Positions 9,440 to 21,543 of a stretch of 64,000 nt of DNA are shown piece by piece. Source of the stretch: a virus; the IMG/VR virus record IMGVR_UViG_3300021090_000723, positions 1 to 64,000 of that record; one strand, given 5' to 3'. The first letter of the stretch is position 1, and each line of letters opens with the position of its first letter. The notes under the pieces were generated by a model, which worked only from the letters and a program-made list of their open reading frames with translations, was not told where the DNA came from and ran no database searches. The position numbers were made by a program, and so were the translations under genes.

Positions 9440-11842
9440 TGCGACCTCTCCAATGGGAACGCCTCGCGGATGTCCCATAACCAGTGCATGCCCGAGGTCC
9501 ACGCGACGTAGAACACCAGGTCCGGCACGTGGTCCCAGTCCCCGAGGATGAAGCCGTCGACTATGACCACGACCGTGACCACGGCCGCCGTGGTCGCCAG
9601 CATGCGTGGCGCCAGGTAGTTCCTGATCGAGCGGTTCATCAAAACCCTTCCTTGATGCGGGGCGTCGTGTAGACCCCTGGCTTCTTGGGCTTCGTCCCGC
9701 GCTTCACGGCCTTCGTCTCACGTTTGGGCCGTTTCGTCTCACGGCCCCGCATCGCGAGGGGCGCGGCTGGGCCCTTGCAGATGTGCCGCCACTCGGCTTT
9801 GCCACACGATCGGCAGGTGGGAGGGTTCATCAGTTCAGCCTCTCATCGCCGTCGCGCGGACCCTGGTAATCGAGGGTCTCTGCACCAAGCCCCATCATCC
9901 GATGCAGCATCCTCTTCGTCGCGAAGAGCGTATCCCGCGCCGACTCAGTCGGTTCGAGAAGCAATGCCGCTGCCTCTAGCAACGCAGCTGCCGCCGCTAT
10001 CCTGCATTGCGGCGTACCCGAACAGTCCGCGCAAACCTCCGGGCCATCGCGGGGTATCCGAACGACCATAAGGCCGATCAAGCCTTTGCCGTTGGCCATC
10101 GCATCGGCCAACATTGCCGCGTGGCGCCGGTCTAGCTCGTCCTGCGGGACGGCCCCGTCATCGAATTCAAGCAGGGCCGACACCACCTCGTCCACCACCA
10201 GAACGCGCGGCTTTCTTGCTTTGGGCATCAGTTCGGCCTCTTGAGGTCGGTGCGCTCCTCGACCTGCATCACCAGTTCCAGCTTCTCCTGCAATTCGTCC
10301 ACGATGTCCTGGAGGAATTCGCGATCCTCGGTCTCGGACGGCGGGCACATTTCCTTGGCTGATTCCAGCAGCGTGATGGCGCTCAGCACGAGGGCTGCGG
10401 GCGAGCCGGAGTGGGTCTGGTCGAGGCCGCCCCGGTTGTCGAACTTGCACACCACGAGCGAGACGAGGCCCGCGCAGTTCTTGACCAGGTCGAGCGCCAC
10501 GGCGGCATGCCGGAGATCCAGGTCGACTTGCGATATGCCCGTGTCGTCGGCGGCAATGGATTTGGATAGGTCGCTCGATCCCATCATCAGTTGAACCCCT
10601 CCACCCAATGGCGTACCGCGCCGGTGTCGCCCTTCGCAGCGTCCATCATGCCGACGGTCGCGAGGAACATGGTCGTCTCGTAGTCGAAGCCCTCGTGCTT
10701 GAGCAAGTCGCTGGTCATCGAGGTCACCGCGTTCTTGAGGTCGCCATGCTCGACGTATTCGAGAGCGCGCTCCTTGGCCCATGCCAGGTGTTCTAGCCGC
10801 GTCATTGCTCTTGGCCCTTGCAGCGGCACGCCGGATCGGTCGAGCCGCATCCCGTGCAGAACTGGTTCGCGATCGACTGGAACACCACGCGCCTGCCGGC
10901 GGCGTCGAGCGTCTTCAGACCCTCGATGAAGCGCTGGCCCATCAGCTGAGCCCGGCGCTCTTCGGCGTCGAACTTGCCCGCGATCATCTGGTCGACAACC
11001 CCAGATGCGCCCAAATGTTGCTTGCTCATGCGCTCCCCCTTTGCCTTTCCACGCCCTGGATCAGGATTTCTTGAAGCCCCGCGATATCGCGGAGGAATTT
11101 GACGAAGCGATCGAGATCATCGAGCGGTATCTGCGCCTCGACGTGGCCCTGGGCGCGGACGGCCGCGACTTGCCGCTCCAGGTCGAGCGCCTTGGCCATG
11201 ATCTTGCCGTTGAGCGTCACGACCTCGAAGAGCGCGCTCTCCAGCGCCATGTCCATGGGCACGGATGTGAACCTCGGGTCAGCCATCGGAGGTGAGCGTC
11301 TTCATGGCTTGGTCACCGCGCGGTTTGCCATGGCTTGGAGCTCGCTCAGGGGGCGAGAAGCGACTGCCATGGTGACGGGAATCACCGCAATAACGCCGAG
11401 CATAGGCTCGCTCGGGACCGGCGCGAAGAGCACGCTGACGAACAGTTCCTTGCCCTTGCCACGGCGCACGATCAGGAACGGTGGCTGGCCGCCTCTGCCC
11501 TTCATGGCACGATCTCGATCCAGCCGAGTTCCAAGGCGGCAAGGCACGCGAGGACGTTGGCCGCGATGACGATAAAGCCGAGCCTGGGACCAAAGACGGC
11601 GCCGACCAGCGAACCACCAGCCAGCAGCCCCATCGCGATAGCCGAAAGATGCCATGTCATATCGGCCACCCATTGGCGCGCGCTATCAGGATCACGCGGG
11701 CCTGTTCGCGCATGTCGGGCGCGGGGCACTCGATCGAGCATTGCCCCCGACACTCTTGCAGGTGTCCAAGCTCCTTGCTGGACAGCGTGTTCAGCGGCCG
11801 AACGGTGAGATCACCGCACAGCTTGACCTCGTAGATCCTCAC
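9436..11842 (-). other. Cluster of ~10 small hypothetical genes (e.g. 9436-9642 membrane, 9639-9830, 9830-10228, 10228-10587, 10587-10805, 10802-11029, 11026-11286, 11657-11842)
   Basis: Translationally coupled ORFs with RBS-like sites; no family recognised. Confidence 0.6.
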
Positions 11843-12771
11843 GACCCCATTCTCCCTCGATCAATGCAGATGCCGCAATCGCAGCTACGCTTGTGCCGGT
11901 GCGAGAACATGACGCTATTGAAGCCTATGCCCGCGTGCTCGGCCAAGAAGATATCCGTCGACCACGAGCGGATATCCACATCCATCAGCGTGTACCAGGC
12001 GTCGACCGTCAGCAGGCGCCGGGCGAACTCCTGGTCGGCCTCGCCGCCGTTGAAACCGGTGAAGCGCACGAGGCGCCCCTTGCCCAGGTGCTCGACGCCC
12101 GCAAGGTTCTCGGGCCACATGCCCTCGCGCTCGTCCATCGTGAAGCCGACCACCTTGCCCTCGCGCACGCCCTCGGCGAAGGCGTTAGCTGCTCGCGACG
12201 TGCTCTTCGATTCCAGGAAGTAGTCCACGTTCATCGTGTGGACGAGGAACGTGACGGCGCAGACGTCGGGGTTGTCGTCCCAGGAATCGACGCCGTGCAG
12301 CCTGATCCAGATGTCCTTGTAGGCCTCGACCGGGAACGACTGCGGCACCTTGCCCAGCTGGTCCATGCCCTCGGCCCTGGCGTCCGCGTTCGAGATCGAC
12401 TGAAGCCGCTCGATGCGGTTCTCGGTCACTTCGAGCGTCAGGCGGTTGAACGTGCGCGGCATGTGCATCGCCGACGCCGGATCGCGCGTCCAGTCGGCGG
12501 GCCACATCATCGGCTTGAGCATCCCGGCGCTGTCCATGCCGTAGGCTTGCTTGCCATCCGCGACGTATCGAGCGTAGGCGCCTGAGCGTGTCAGTTCTTC
12601 CCGGACATAGATCAGGTCGCCAGGCTTCAGCTTCTGCCAGGTCGAGGGCTTGTAGCTCGTGCTGGCCCGCCCCTTGGTGACGATCCAGGCCAGGCGCCGC
12701 GTCTGGGTCTTCATCCCAGCGAGCAGCGCCTGGACCATAGGCGTCGAGAAGATGGCGCCGTGGATCTTCAT
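11839..12771 (-). CDS. ASCH/PUA-like domain protein with C-terminal extension
   Basis: IFSTPMVQALLAGMKTQTRR, PGDLIYVRE, HMPR..RLTLEVT..RIERLQSIS..DA.AEG, SWDDNPDV. Confidence 0.75.
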   Translation of the reverse strand: MKIHGAIFSTPMVQALLAGMKTQTRRLAWIVTKGRASTSYKPSTWQKLKPGDLIYVREELTRSGAYARYVADGKQAYGMDSAGMLKPMMWPADWTRDPASAMHMPRTFNRLTLEVTENRIERLQSISNADARAEGMDQLGKVPQSFPVEAYKDIWIRLHGVDSWDDNPDVCAVTFLVHTMNVDYFLESKSTSRAANAFAEGVREGKVVGFTMDEREGMWPENLAGVEHLGKGRLVRFTGFNGGEADQEFARRLLTVDAWYTLMDVDIRSWSTDIFLAEHAGIGFNSVMFSHRHKRSCDCGICIDRGRMGS

Positions 12772-13094
12772 GCACGTGACTTCCGGAGCCGCTTGTTGGC
12801 GCGGATCATCGCTGCCGGCGATGGGAATGGTTTGGCCTTCTTGGCCTTCCGCAGCTTCACCTTGTCGCCGTTTTCGTCATCCATCACGTGGACGATGACG
12901 GCGGTCATGAACACGAAGCGCGCACGGCGCAGCGCGCGATCGACCTTGGACTTCGAGGGATGCGCCTCGCCCGTCAGCATGATCTCGCCGTTGCCGCCCA
13001 GCAGACGCCAGCGCCACCCGTCGCCGCCCGGGTAAACCTCAATCCGTCCTGGTCTTTTCGTCACTGCCGCCAACTTTCCCGTTCCGTAAGTCAT
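12768..13094 (-). CDS. YegP/DUF1508-like protein
   Basis: GWRWRLLGGNGEIMLTGEAHPSK motif. Confidence 0.7.
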   Translation of the reverse strand: MTYGTGKLAAVTKRPGRIEVYPGGDGWRWRLLGGNGEIMLTGEAHPSKSKVDRALRRARFVFMTAVIVHVMDDENGDKVKLRKAKKAKPFPSPAAMIRANKRLRKSRA

Positions 13095-13359
13095 TTGTTT
13101 GCCCCTTCCTCATCTGCCGTGAGTGCTTCAAATCGGATGCGGCTCCACTCACGTTGGAAAGCCGCCGCCGCCTCAAGTGCCTGTCGTTTGCGCGTCATGT
13201 CGGGAGATCCGGAGTCCCAGCCACCCTCGCCCTCGATGGCGTCGAGGATGGCCTGGGGGTTCGCGGCCTCGATCAGCATGGCCGCCTGCCGGATGCCGTT
13301 CCACACCAGCGCCTGAGCGCGCTTGTGTTCCTCGATCACGTTCACCAGCCGACGGTCCG

Positions 13360-13656
13360 TCATGTTCCGGTGCGCTCCTTGAGCTTCTTCCAGTGGAGAA
13401 AATGCTCCAGGAATTCCAAGCTCTTCATGCCCTGGATGCAGATCACGTTCTCGGCGCGGCCCATCTGCTCGCCGATCCGCTCGGAGTGGAAGCGCTTGAC
13501 CTCGATATGGACGTCGAAGTCCGGCAGGTAGAAGTCGAGGCGCGCCGGGCCCTGGTCGCGATCGACGAAGCGGATGCCGTTCGCGACCAGCCAACGCTCG
13601 GTCATTTCCTCCATCGGATCGACTTTGCCCTGCCAAGCCATCAGCGCCTCTTCCAA
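13360..13656 (-). CDS. Small PD-(D/E)XK-like nuclease-fold protein
   Basis: LDFYLPDFDVHIEVKRF. Confidence 0.5.
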   Translation of the reverse strand: MEEALMAWQGKVDPMEEMTERWLVANGIRFVDRDQGPARLDFYLPDFDVHIEVKRFHSERIGEQMGRAENVICIQGMKSLEFLEHFLHWKKLKERTGT

Positions 13657-14104
13657 TAGTCACGCGGTATCTGCACCTGCCTGCCGGACGTGGATTCGAT
13701 CCCGAACGCCGGCAGCTTGCCCGAGGCCATCGCACCCAGAAGCTCGACCCATGCGTCCTTCTCGCTGATGCCGCGGCGCTTGGCGATTTCCCTGGCCGCT
13801 TGATCCAGGTCCAGGCGTTCCAACTCCGCATCCTTGGTCTCGGCGCAGACCTGGTCGACCGCGCTGGCCTTGACGACAAGCGCCATCCACTCGGGCGTGG
13901 GGGGCTGCTTCCCCAGTTCCTTCCAGAGCAGCACGCGCAGCGATTCGCTCGGGATCGGGGCCGCGAAGACCAGGGCGCGGTCGGGCACGGGGATCTTGTC
14001 CCAGAACGTCGCCGGGACCGGATAATGGTTCTCGCCGTCCCACACCTCGACCAAGGGGCGCAGCTTGCGCAAGGCTTCCATGAACGCGCGGTCTTCTGCC
14101 GTTC

Positions 14105-14995
14105 TCATGCTGCGATCCCGGCCTTCGGCCACTCGCGCACGCGGGTCCAGCCCGGCCACTCTGCCATGTCCTCGCCCTTCTTGTGCGTGAACTTCAGCGG
14201 ATGCAGAACGAACGTCGACCAATCGGCTGGCCCATAGTGGGGCCGCGCGCCAGCCTGCTTGTTGAACACCGCCACGCCCCTGGGCTGGCACTGCTGGATG
14301 ATGTTCTCGCCCCACTTGAGATTGTAGATGCGCGCCCTGGGGCCAGACTCGCCGCCGATGATGATCCAAACGCGATCAGCGAAGGCGAGGAAGTCGTCCG
14401 GCAGCTTCAAGGGCCCGATGGCGGGCTCGTAGGAGCAGTAGACGATCCACCCGGCCTCGGCGAGCTTGCGCATGATCGGCCAGCGCTCATCGAAGCGGAC
14501 CTGGTCCTCGGCCGAGAAGCCCAGCCAGAAGCGAGGGTGGGGAGGGCAGCCGGGCCCACCAGATTCTTCGAAATACCTCGCCATCACCGCTGGACGCTTG
14601 GTTAGAAACTGGCAGATGTGTTTCGACGTGAGGCATGGCTCCACCACGCGATAGATGACATCGGTGGAGCGCTTGGGGTGGAAGAGATCGCTCATGTCGG
14701 CGACGAAGATCATAGAGCGCATGCCCGGTCCGAGCCGCGGGTTCTTGGCGCCCTTCCAGCGCAGCGGCCACTGGAAGGCGTCCGGGTTCGGGTGCTCGGT
14801 CAGATGGCCGTTGAACACGTGGCTTCCGTTCACGAGCTTGGTGGTGCCGCCGTACATCGGGTGCTTGTGCAGGCGCGTGCCGCACAGGTTCATCGCGTAG
14901 CAATGGATGCAGCCCGGGGACTCGATCTCGCAGCCGCCCACCGGGTTGTGGGTTGCGTCAGTCCAGCCGATGGGGGTTTCAGCGGGCACGGACAT
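14105..14995 (-). CDS. Phage Gp37/Gp68 (DUF5131) radical-SAM-like protein
   Basis: IGWTDATHNPVGGC...SPGCIHCYA, FVADMSDLFH, QFLTKRP, SYEP, WIIIGGESG, FNKQ. Confidence 0.9.
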   Translation of the reverse strand: MSVPAETPIGWTDATHNPVGGCEIESPGCIHCYAMNLCGTRLHKHPMYGGTTKLVNGSHVFNGHLTEHPNPDAFQWPLRWKGAKNPRLGPGMRSMIFVADMSDLFHPKRSTDVIYRVVEPCLTSKHICQFLTKRPAVMARYFEESGGPGCPPHPRFWLGFSAEDQVRFDERWPIMRKLAEAGWIVYCSYEPAIGPLKLPDDFLAFADRVWIIIGGESGPRARIYNLKWGENIIQQCQPRGVAVFNKQAGARPHYGPADWSTFVLHPLKFTHKKGEDMAEWPGWTRVREWPKAGIAA

Positions 14996-15715
14996 ACTCC
15001 GGGTAAAGGATGGCGATGAACTTCTTTCGAAGGGTCTGGCGCGTGTAGGCCGTCGCGCGCTCGTCGGCGTTCTCGGGCTCGCAGACGCTAATCACCGCGT
15101 CGAGGAGCTTCTCGATCGTGCGCTCTTTCTTGATGCCCAAGTTGATCTCAGCGGGCACGGGCGACCTGCTTTCCACGGACCGGTTTGAACTCGGACATTT
15201 CCGGGCGCGAGCACGACACGCACGGGGCGCGCCAGCCGCGCTCGCGACCGTTCTCAGCGAATCGGCACGTCTCGCACGAGCCCAGCGGCTTCTTGGTGCG
15301 CGCAGGTTCGCGATCGAGAACGGCGAAGATGGCCTTGACGTCCTCCGCCTTGATCTGCACTCCGAACGAGACCACGCCGACAGCCTCCCAGGCGCCGGTA
15401 TGGTCGCATGGCTTATGGTGGTCCAGCTGGTCGGCGATGATGTTGAGCAGGCGCGTGGCTTCCTGCCCCTCTTCAAACGTCCGGCTTCTCATTTCTCGTC
15501 CTCCTGCTGGAGCGCGATGTACACCAGCTGCTTGCCGTAGATCTGTTCGAGCCGGGCCTTGGACATGCCTTGGCCGCCGTTCCAGCGGAAGCGGATGGCC
15601 TCGATGCTCTGCTTGTTGCGGTTGACGATCGCCTGCGCCAGGCGCGCGGCCTCGAGTTCGCGATAGGCCGATGCGATGCCGGGATCGATCTTGAAGGGGG
15701 GCGTGGGCCTGGGCA

Positions 15716-15988
15716 TCAGAACCTATCCCTCATGAACAGCGGCAATGCCTGGCGCAGCCGCTGCTCGATCTCGTGGTGGGGGTGGACGTAGTCCTTGCCG
15801 AACACATCGCAGATCGCTTCGAGGTAGCGCATGGCGGCCAGGGCCGAGCCGGTCGGGACGAGCTCTCCTGACTCGAAACGAGTCACGGCGCGCACGGCGC
15901 TCTTCTTGGCAAAGCCGATGGCCTGCCCGAAATGGCTGGGCGAGAGGCCGAGCTTGGCGCGCAGCTTCTGGACGTCTTCCTTCGTCAT
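15716..15988 (-). CDS. XRE-family HTH protein
   Basis: VQKLRAKLGLSPSHFGQAIGF...VTRFESGE. Confidence 0.75.
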   Translation of the reverse strand: MTKEDVQKLRAKLGLSPSHFGQAIGFAKKSAVRAVTRFESGELVPTGSALAAMRYLEAICDVFGKDYVHPHHEIEQRLRQALPLFMRDRF

Positions 15989-16781
15989 GCGCGGCCTTTC
16001 ACGATCAACAGCACGAGTAAAAGGAGCAGCGCCGCGGAGACTGCCCAGGTCGCGCAGTCTTTGCTTCGGCGGTAGGTGCGCTCGTCGAACCCAAAGGCCG
16101 TGCGCGCAGCGTGCTCAAGTTGGTCACCGTCCTTCATGTGAACCACTCGACCATGGCGGGGATGCCCTCGCCGTCCCACAGCCAGACCATGCCGACGTCC
16201 CTGCAATCATCCTTCGCCTTCACCCACTCCTGCGCCTGGTCGAGGGTGTCGAAGCCTTCGGTGTGGTGGCCGAACGACTTGTACCGATAGGCCGGGCCAT
16301 TCTCGGCGTTGCCTGGCATGGGCGCCTGGCGGAACGAGATCGGGTGGTATCGGTTGGTCTTGGCGTTTTGCAGGATGCCGGTCGGATAAATCATGGCTTG
16401 GGCTCGCTGGTGTTGGCGTTGAAGGCGTTGGCGATCGAGGCGCCGAAGGTGCCTACCCACCGGCCGGTCCGCTCGGGCTCGAAGGCGCCCGCGATCAGGA
16501 CCACGATCAGCAGCAGGTAGAACAGGTCCCTCATGCAGGCGCCCGCACCTTCCACAGCCGCCAGCGCAGGAAATCTTCCATTTCCTGCTTCGCCGTTTCG
16601 AAGCGCATGAAGTAGCGCGGGAAGGCGTCCTGGATGTCGTGTTCAAGCTCGATCGCTGCCTGCCAGTGCCCCCGGTCGCAATAGTCCGGCCGCTTGTGTA
16701 GCCACCCGACCATGCGGCCGTTGACGCGGGCCTCGTGGAGGTTGGGGTGTTCGGGATTTACCCGCCACTCGATCGTGCCGG

Positions 16782-17108
16782 TCATTGGTCTGGGTCCAGC
16801 ATCTTGTCGATCGCCGCCTTGATCTCGGTCTCGGTCTTCACCCAGGACTTCTCCGGGGGAAGCTTGCCGACAAAGGCGAACTTGAAGTTCTGGTAGTGGA
16901 CCGGGTGGTTCTCCAAGCGGTCGCCGTACAGGTCGCACATGATGGCGAGGGCGAGTTGCGCCGGGCCCGAGCCGCCGTAGCCCCAGTTGAAGCCATCGGG
17001 GCTGTGGTTGCGGATCTTGAACTGAGGGTTCAACGCGCTCTCGTTGCCGCGCTCCTCCACCACCACGGTGTTGACGGAGCCGGTCCACGTGCCGATGTAC
17101 GTTTTCAT
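16782..17108 (-). CDS. DUF6166-like protein
   Basis: RNHSPDGFNWGYGGSGPAQLALAI signature. Confidence 0.7.
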   Translation of the reverse strand: MKTYIGTWTGSVNTVVVEERGNESALNPQFKIRNHSPDGFNWGYGGSGPAQLALAIMCDLYGDRLENHPVHYQNFKFAFVGKLPPEKSWVKTETEIKAAIDKMLDPDQ

Positions 17109-19682
17109 AGCGCAGGCTCCCCGTCGTTGTAGTTCCAGCCGCAAAACGAGCAGGGCCCGTCGGAATCCTCCGTCAGGCCATGCTCGCCGCAGCGGTGGCA
17201 CATCGTCTCGGCCAGCGAATCGCACGCATCGGTTATGCGCTCAGCCGGGCCTGGAAGGCCGTGGGTCTCGTAGAACGTGCCGCCACCCCAGCCATGGCAG
17301 ACCTTGCAGGCGTTGGGCCACTTCCGGCGCCAATCCAGCGCCGCGCGCACGCCAAGTTCGTTGATGTGGTGCTCGATCGCGTCGTCGATCGCGCTCTCAA
17401 GCGCTTCGTCATGCCGCTGGTAGAGGCCCATGGTGCTCCCGATGACCTTGCCCATGCGGGCCCAGCGCTTGAGCGGGCCGAAGATGCCATCGCAGCGCAC
17501 GATCTCGTAGGTGATGGTGCGGTCGGTCGGGCCCGAGAACAGCGGGATGCGGATGCGGAAGGTGCAATCTGGCAGCGCCTTGTAGAGGCGCGCAAGCTGG
17601 TAGCTCAGAGCTTCGTCGCTCATCATGGCGCCTCTCCCGAGCGGTCTGGCAGGCAGATCACGCGCTGGGGCAGCTTCTGCGCGCTCTCCAGCGCTTCCTT
17701 GAGCGCAAGCTCCGCGCCGACGCCGTCGCCCTTCTTGAGCGCCTGGAGCCCCACATCGAGCAGCTGTGCCAGCCGGTCGGCGTCGTCGTCCGCCGTCATG
17801 CGATCCTAGCCCCATGCCGTAAGATTAAGATGCTCCTGGGCGCGCGCATGGCACCCGTTGGTGTAGATGGCCTCGCGTTTCATGCGTTCGAGGTGCCTAG
17901 CCAGAAACGCACGCGGTGGCATGTCCACCACCATCCACTTGATGCCCCTGAACTTGTCGCTGTAGTCGTAGCGGTTAGCCAATTCCTCGACGAAGGATTT
18001 GAGTTCAGCCTTTTCCCGCTCAAGACGCGAAATTGGCTGCTCTGTGTAGTCCCATTGGCCGTAATGCCCCGCCCACGTGGTGCGATGCTTGATCCAGAGC
18101 CAATAGTATCCGGCGTATTTGCGTGGCGGGTCCACGATCTCCATGGTCATGGCCCGCCGCGTTCGTCCAGGTCAGCGCATTGATCGCACTGATAGCCGAG
18201 CGCCCTGTCCTTCGGCGTCAGCCGGTTGGGCTGGCCGCACGATGGGCAGGGAAGGTTGCGCGGGTTCTTCTTGGACGAGGCGCGCAGCGCGCTCTTGCCG
18301 CCCGGGTCCATGAATTCCGGCTCGTCTCCGTCGTCTGGATCGTATCTGCTCATGGTTGCCTCGCTGCGATGCCATCAGGCGTGATCTCGAACCCGCCGTG
18401 CACGTAGGGCTTGACCAACCCCGCGACCGCCAGGCGCTTCATCATCCGGGTCCAGTTCGACTTCCGGAACCCGTTCCGGCCAGGGACCTCGATCACGCCC
18501 AGCGCATTGGTGCCCCGCAGGGCGACGTATTGCGGCCGGGTGATGAACACCCCTTTGACCACCGCTTCCTTCTTGAGCATTTCGATGCGCTCGGCGATTG
18601 CACCGTCGCGGGACGGGCCTTGGCCGAACGAGTTCTGGAGCCGGTTGATCTCGTCCAGGATTCTGCCGCGCATTTCGAGAGTAATCATGTCACGTCCTTA
18701 TTCGCCATCGCCTTGAGGCGCGGCATGTGCTTGGCCATCAGGCAATCCGCAGTGTGGGCCACCAACTCCAGCGAAGGACGCTCGCCGGGCGGCCGCTCGG
18801 CGTCGGTGCCAGGGCAATGCAGGCATCGCGTGTAATACCGCGCCTCCGGTCCGGCGCGCCCGTCCACGCGCTGAAAGGACCGCGCGATCATTGCGTCGAG
18901 TACCGAACCGAACGTGAGGTCGGCCGCCCCAGGCGCCGTGCAAAGATCCTCGGTCATCTGCGCCCCCTGAGGCTGTCGACCTCTTCGCGCGCGCCAGCGA
19001 ATTCGTGGAACTCGCCCGGCAGGAAGGGCTGGCCGGGCTTGCGCACGCGCCAGTTCGCCTTCTCGCCGTCCTTCACGATCTCGTACCCGCGGTAGCCTAC
19101 GATGTGTTCCATGGCGGTCACTCGTAGTGCGGGCGAATGGAGGGGAAGTGCCGCTCGGGGAGATCGTCGCAGATGCGCGCTTGATAGCGCCCCTCCGAGA
19201 GCACGGACGAGATTTCGCGCCTGCCCTTGTTCAGCGTGGCATCGAGCAGCGTTTGCATGCGCGCCACGTAGGTGCAGGCCTTGTCGATGTTCCTGAAGAG
19301 GCGGCTGACGCGGACGAGCTCGCCCACGTCGTACCACCAGCCGCCTTCCTCCGGCCCGCCATAGGCCTTGTCCACCATATAGACCGCGACGAACCAGACC
19401 TTGGGCGGCGGTGGGTCTTGGTCCAGGGGTTCGAGATCGAAGCTGGTTTCTGCTTCCATCATCGGGATGCCCTCCGCCTGATGCGATCGGGTGGCGAGTT
19501 GGCGTGGACCTGCGCGTTGCGCAGCGCGCCCTCGGCAGACTTCAGGGCCTTGCGGACCCTGTTGGCTGCGTTGGGCGCTTGCGCGAACACAAGCTGGTCT
19601 CGCGCGTCACGCAGGTGCGCGATGGCGACGCGGATGGCGGTCTCTTGCCGCTGGTTCACAATGGCCGTGGCTTGCATGGCGC

Positions 19683-20063
19683 TCACCCGTAGACCAGGTC
19701 GCCAAGGACGACGCACTGGAGGAACACGTCGGCGGTCTCAGCGTCTTCGTTCTCGCGCATGAACTCACCGAAGTGGTGGCCGTATTTGGTGGCCATGAGT
19801 TCAAAGCCCTTCTTCACATCGTCGGGGCCGATGGTCTTGCGACCCTTGCCGTTGCCCTCAGGCTTGGCCGGATCATCGAAGCGAACGTCGACCGAGAAAG
19901 AGCCCTCCCAGAACTTCGGATCGCTGTACCAGGGGCTCTCGTATTCCTTGCCGAGCGGCATGGATGGGTGAGCGGCTTGGGCCCAGTAGGTGGTGGCGCC
20001 CTCGAAGGCGCTGACCATCAGATCAGCGAGGCGCTTGGACGGGATGTCGAGTGTGATTTGCAT
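19683..20063 (-). CDS. Conserved phage hypothetical protein (first gene after the promoter)
   Basis: GAGGAG RBS; AFEG..YW...DAETADVFLQ...GDLVYG pattern. Confidence 0.65.
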   Translation of the reverse strand: MQITLDIPSKRLADLMVSAFEGATTYWAQAAHPSMPLGKEYESPWYSDPKFWEGSFSVDVRFDDPAKPEGNGKGRKTIGPDDVKKGFELMATKYGHHFGEFMRENEDAETADVFLQCVVLGDLVYG

Positions 20064-20122
20064 TGTCGTCTCCTCGGGCCAAAACGGCCTCATAGGCGCG
20101 ATGGGGTCACCGCGACGTGTTC

Positions 20123-20151
20123 CTTATATCGCATGCCGTGCAAGTCATCAA
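20123..20151 (-). promoter_or_regulatory. Sigma70-type promoter TTGATG-N17-TATAAG
   Basis: Read on the minus strand in an AT-richer intergenic gap upstream of the small-gene operon. Confidence 0.6.
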
Positions 20152-20163
20152 TCACGTTTCGCA

Positions 20164-20172
20164 TTATCCACA
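20164..20172 (+). promoter_or_regulatory. Consensus DnaA box TTATCCACA
   Basis: Exact 9-mer in the intergenic gap, 12 bp from the predicted -35. Confidence 0.6.
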
Positions 20173-20401
20173 GCGGATCAGTTCACCCAGTTCGAGCGGA
20201 CCTGCTCTTCGGTGAGGGCGCGGACCTCCGCGTCCCTAAGAAAGCGCTTAAGGCTCTGGTCCCAGACGCCCCAGCCGCCCGAGCCCGGCGCCCGGTCGGG
20301 GAAGGCGCGGGCGAGATAGCGGCGGTGCATTGGTATCGTCTCGCCCTCAGCAAAGGCCGTCGTCTCCTCGTAGATGATCTTCAGGTTGCGCTTGAGCTTG
20401 C

Positions 20402-20995
20402 TCATAGGAGCTTTGGCCCGGTCGGACGGTCGATGTCGGCCTGCTGCGCGAACTTGCGGCGCTTGGCGGTCCGCCGCCGGGCGCGCTGGTCCGGCTCGCA
20501 CGGCACGAGCGCGGGGACCTCGGGCGGCTTGTCGTTCAGGATCGCATCGATCCAGGCGCAGATCCGCGTCGGCTGCTGGCCCGGGTTGCCCTCCCATTTG
20601 CCGGGGTAGACCGGACCGGTGCCGCGGTGGTCGTTGTGGAACGAGACCTGGCCGCATGGGGTGTCGACGTAGATCACGTTCCGGTGCGGAGCGTCGGGGT
20701 TCATCTGGATGTCCACCTGCCAGCCCCACGTGATGCCGAGATCGTCCGCCTTCATCGTCAACGCCTCGCAAAGGTTGTCGATCGACCACGACTTGGTGTC
20801 GTAGGCCTGGTCGCGATAGCGGCCCTTGCCGTTTCCGCCGCGATAGTTCTTCGCCCGCTCGCTCGTTTTGCAGGCGCGGAAGAGGTTGAGCGCCACGTTT
20901 CCGGCCTGGCCATACTGGGCCAGCTTCACGTAGAGCGCCTTGGTCCAATCGCCGTTCGAGCCTTTGTAGATGGTCATGATCTCTTCGAACGTCAT
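20402..20995 (-). CDS. Hypothetical protein
   Basis: Coupled ORF; VIYVDTPCGQVSFH motif. Confidence 0.6.
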   Translation of the reverse strand: MTFEEIMTIYKGSNGDWTKALYVKLAQYGQAGNVALNLFRACKTSERAKNYRGGNGKGRYRDQAYDTKSWSIDNLCEALTMKADDLGITWGWQVDIQMNPDAPHRNVIYVDTPCGQVSFHNDHRGTGPVYPGKWEGNPGQQPTRICAWIDAILNDKPPEVPALVPCEPDQRARRRTAKRRKFAQQADIDRPTGPKLL

Positions 20996-21543
20996 GCCGC
21001 CACCCTCTCTCGGAACTTGCGGATGTTCTTCTGATGCACGTGCCAGGTGCCCTTGGTCAGCTTGTGCCCGGCCGGAGCAACCTGCCGCATGTCGCGGAAC
21101 TCGTCCTTGGTCAGCCACCCCATGATCTCGAACTCGTTGCCGTCGTGCGTCACCAGGGCGAGGGTGTTGAACTTCTTCTTCTCGAAAACAGCGTTCTTGC
21201 CGATCGGCCAGAAGAGGTACTGGCCGCCTCGCCGCGTCGACTTCACGTCGACCAGGCGTAATATGCCGCCGCCTTCCCACTTGATGTCCCGATCATCATC
21301 GTCTCCGCGTTTCGCCTGCACCCAATTTACCGCCACGCCGGGGTCCAGGCCGAGGTAGATGCAGAACGCACACTCGCACCGCTTGGCATTGGCGAGCTTC
21401 TTGACGTCGCGCTCTATCCCGTGGGTCGACTGGTAAATGCTGCACTCGCCGTTCTCGTACCGCTCAGCCTGGACCTCGGCGTAGGCCCACGACTTGTCCA
21501 TCCACTCTTGGGACAGGATGACCTTCGGGTTCCCGCTGGTCAT
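20992..21543 (-). CDS. PD-(D/E)XK-like nuclease-fold protein
   Basis: E..F...D.DI...VDVKST pattern. Confidence 0.45.
   Translation of the reverse strand: MTSGNPKVILSQEWMDKSWAYAEVQAERYENGECSIYQSTHGIERDVKKLANAKRCECAFCIYLGLDPGVAVNWVQAKRGDDDDRDIKWEGGGILRLVDVKSTRRGGQYLFWPIGKNAVFEKKKFNTLALVTHDGNEFEIMGWLTKDEFRDMRQVAPAGHKLTKGTWHVHQKNIRKFRERVAA

Larger units (their letters stand above)
14979..20063 (-). other. Putative early operon of ~18 small genes downstream of the 20123-20151 promoter
   Basis: Coupled short ORFs (e.g. 15148-15492, 15489-15716, 17105-17625, 17806-18150, 18147-18353, 18350-18688, 18685-18957, 19118-19462, 19683-20063). Confidence 0.65.
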
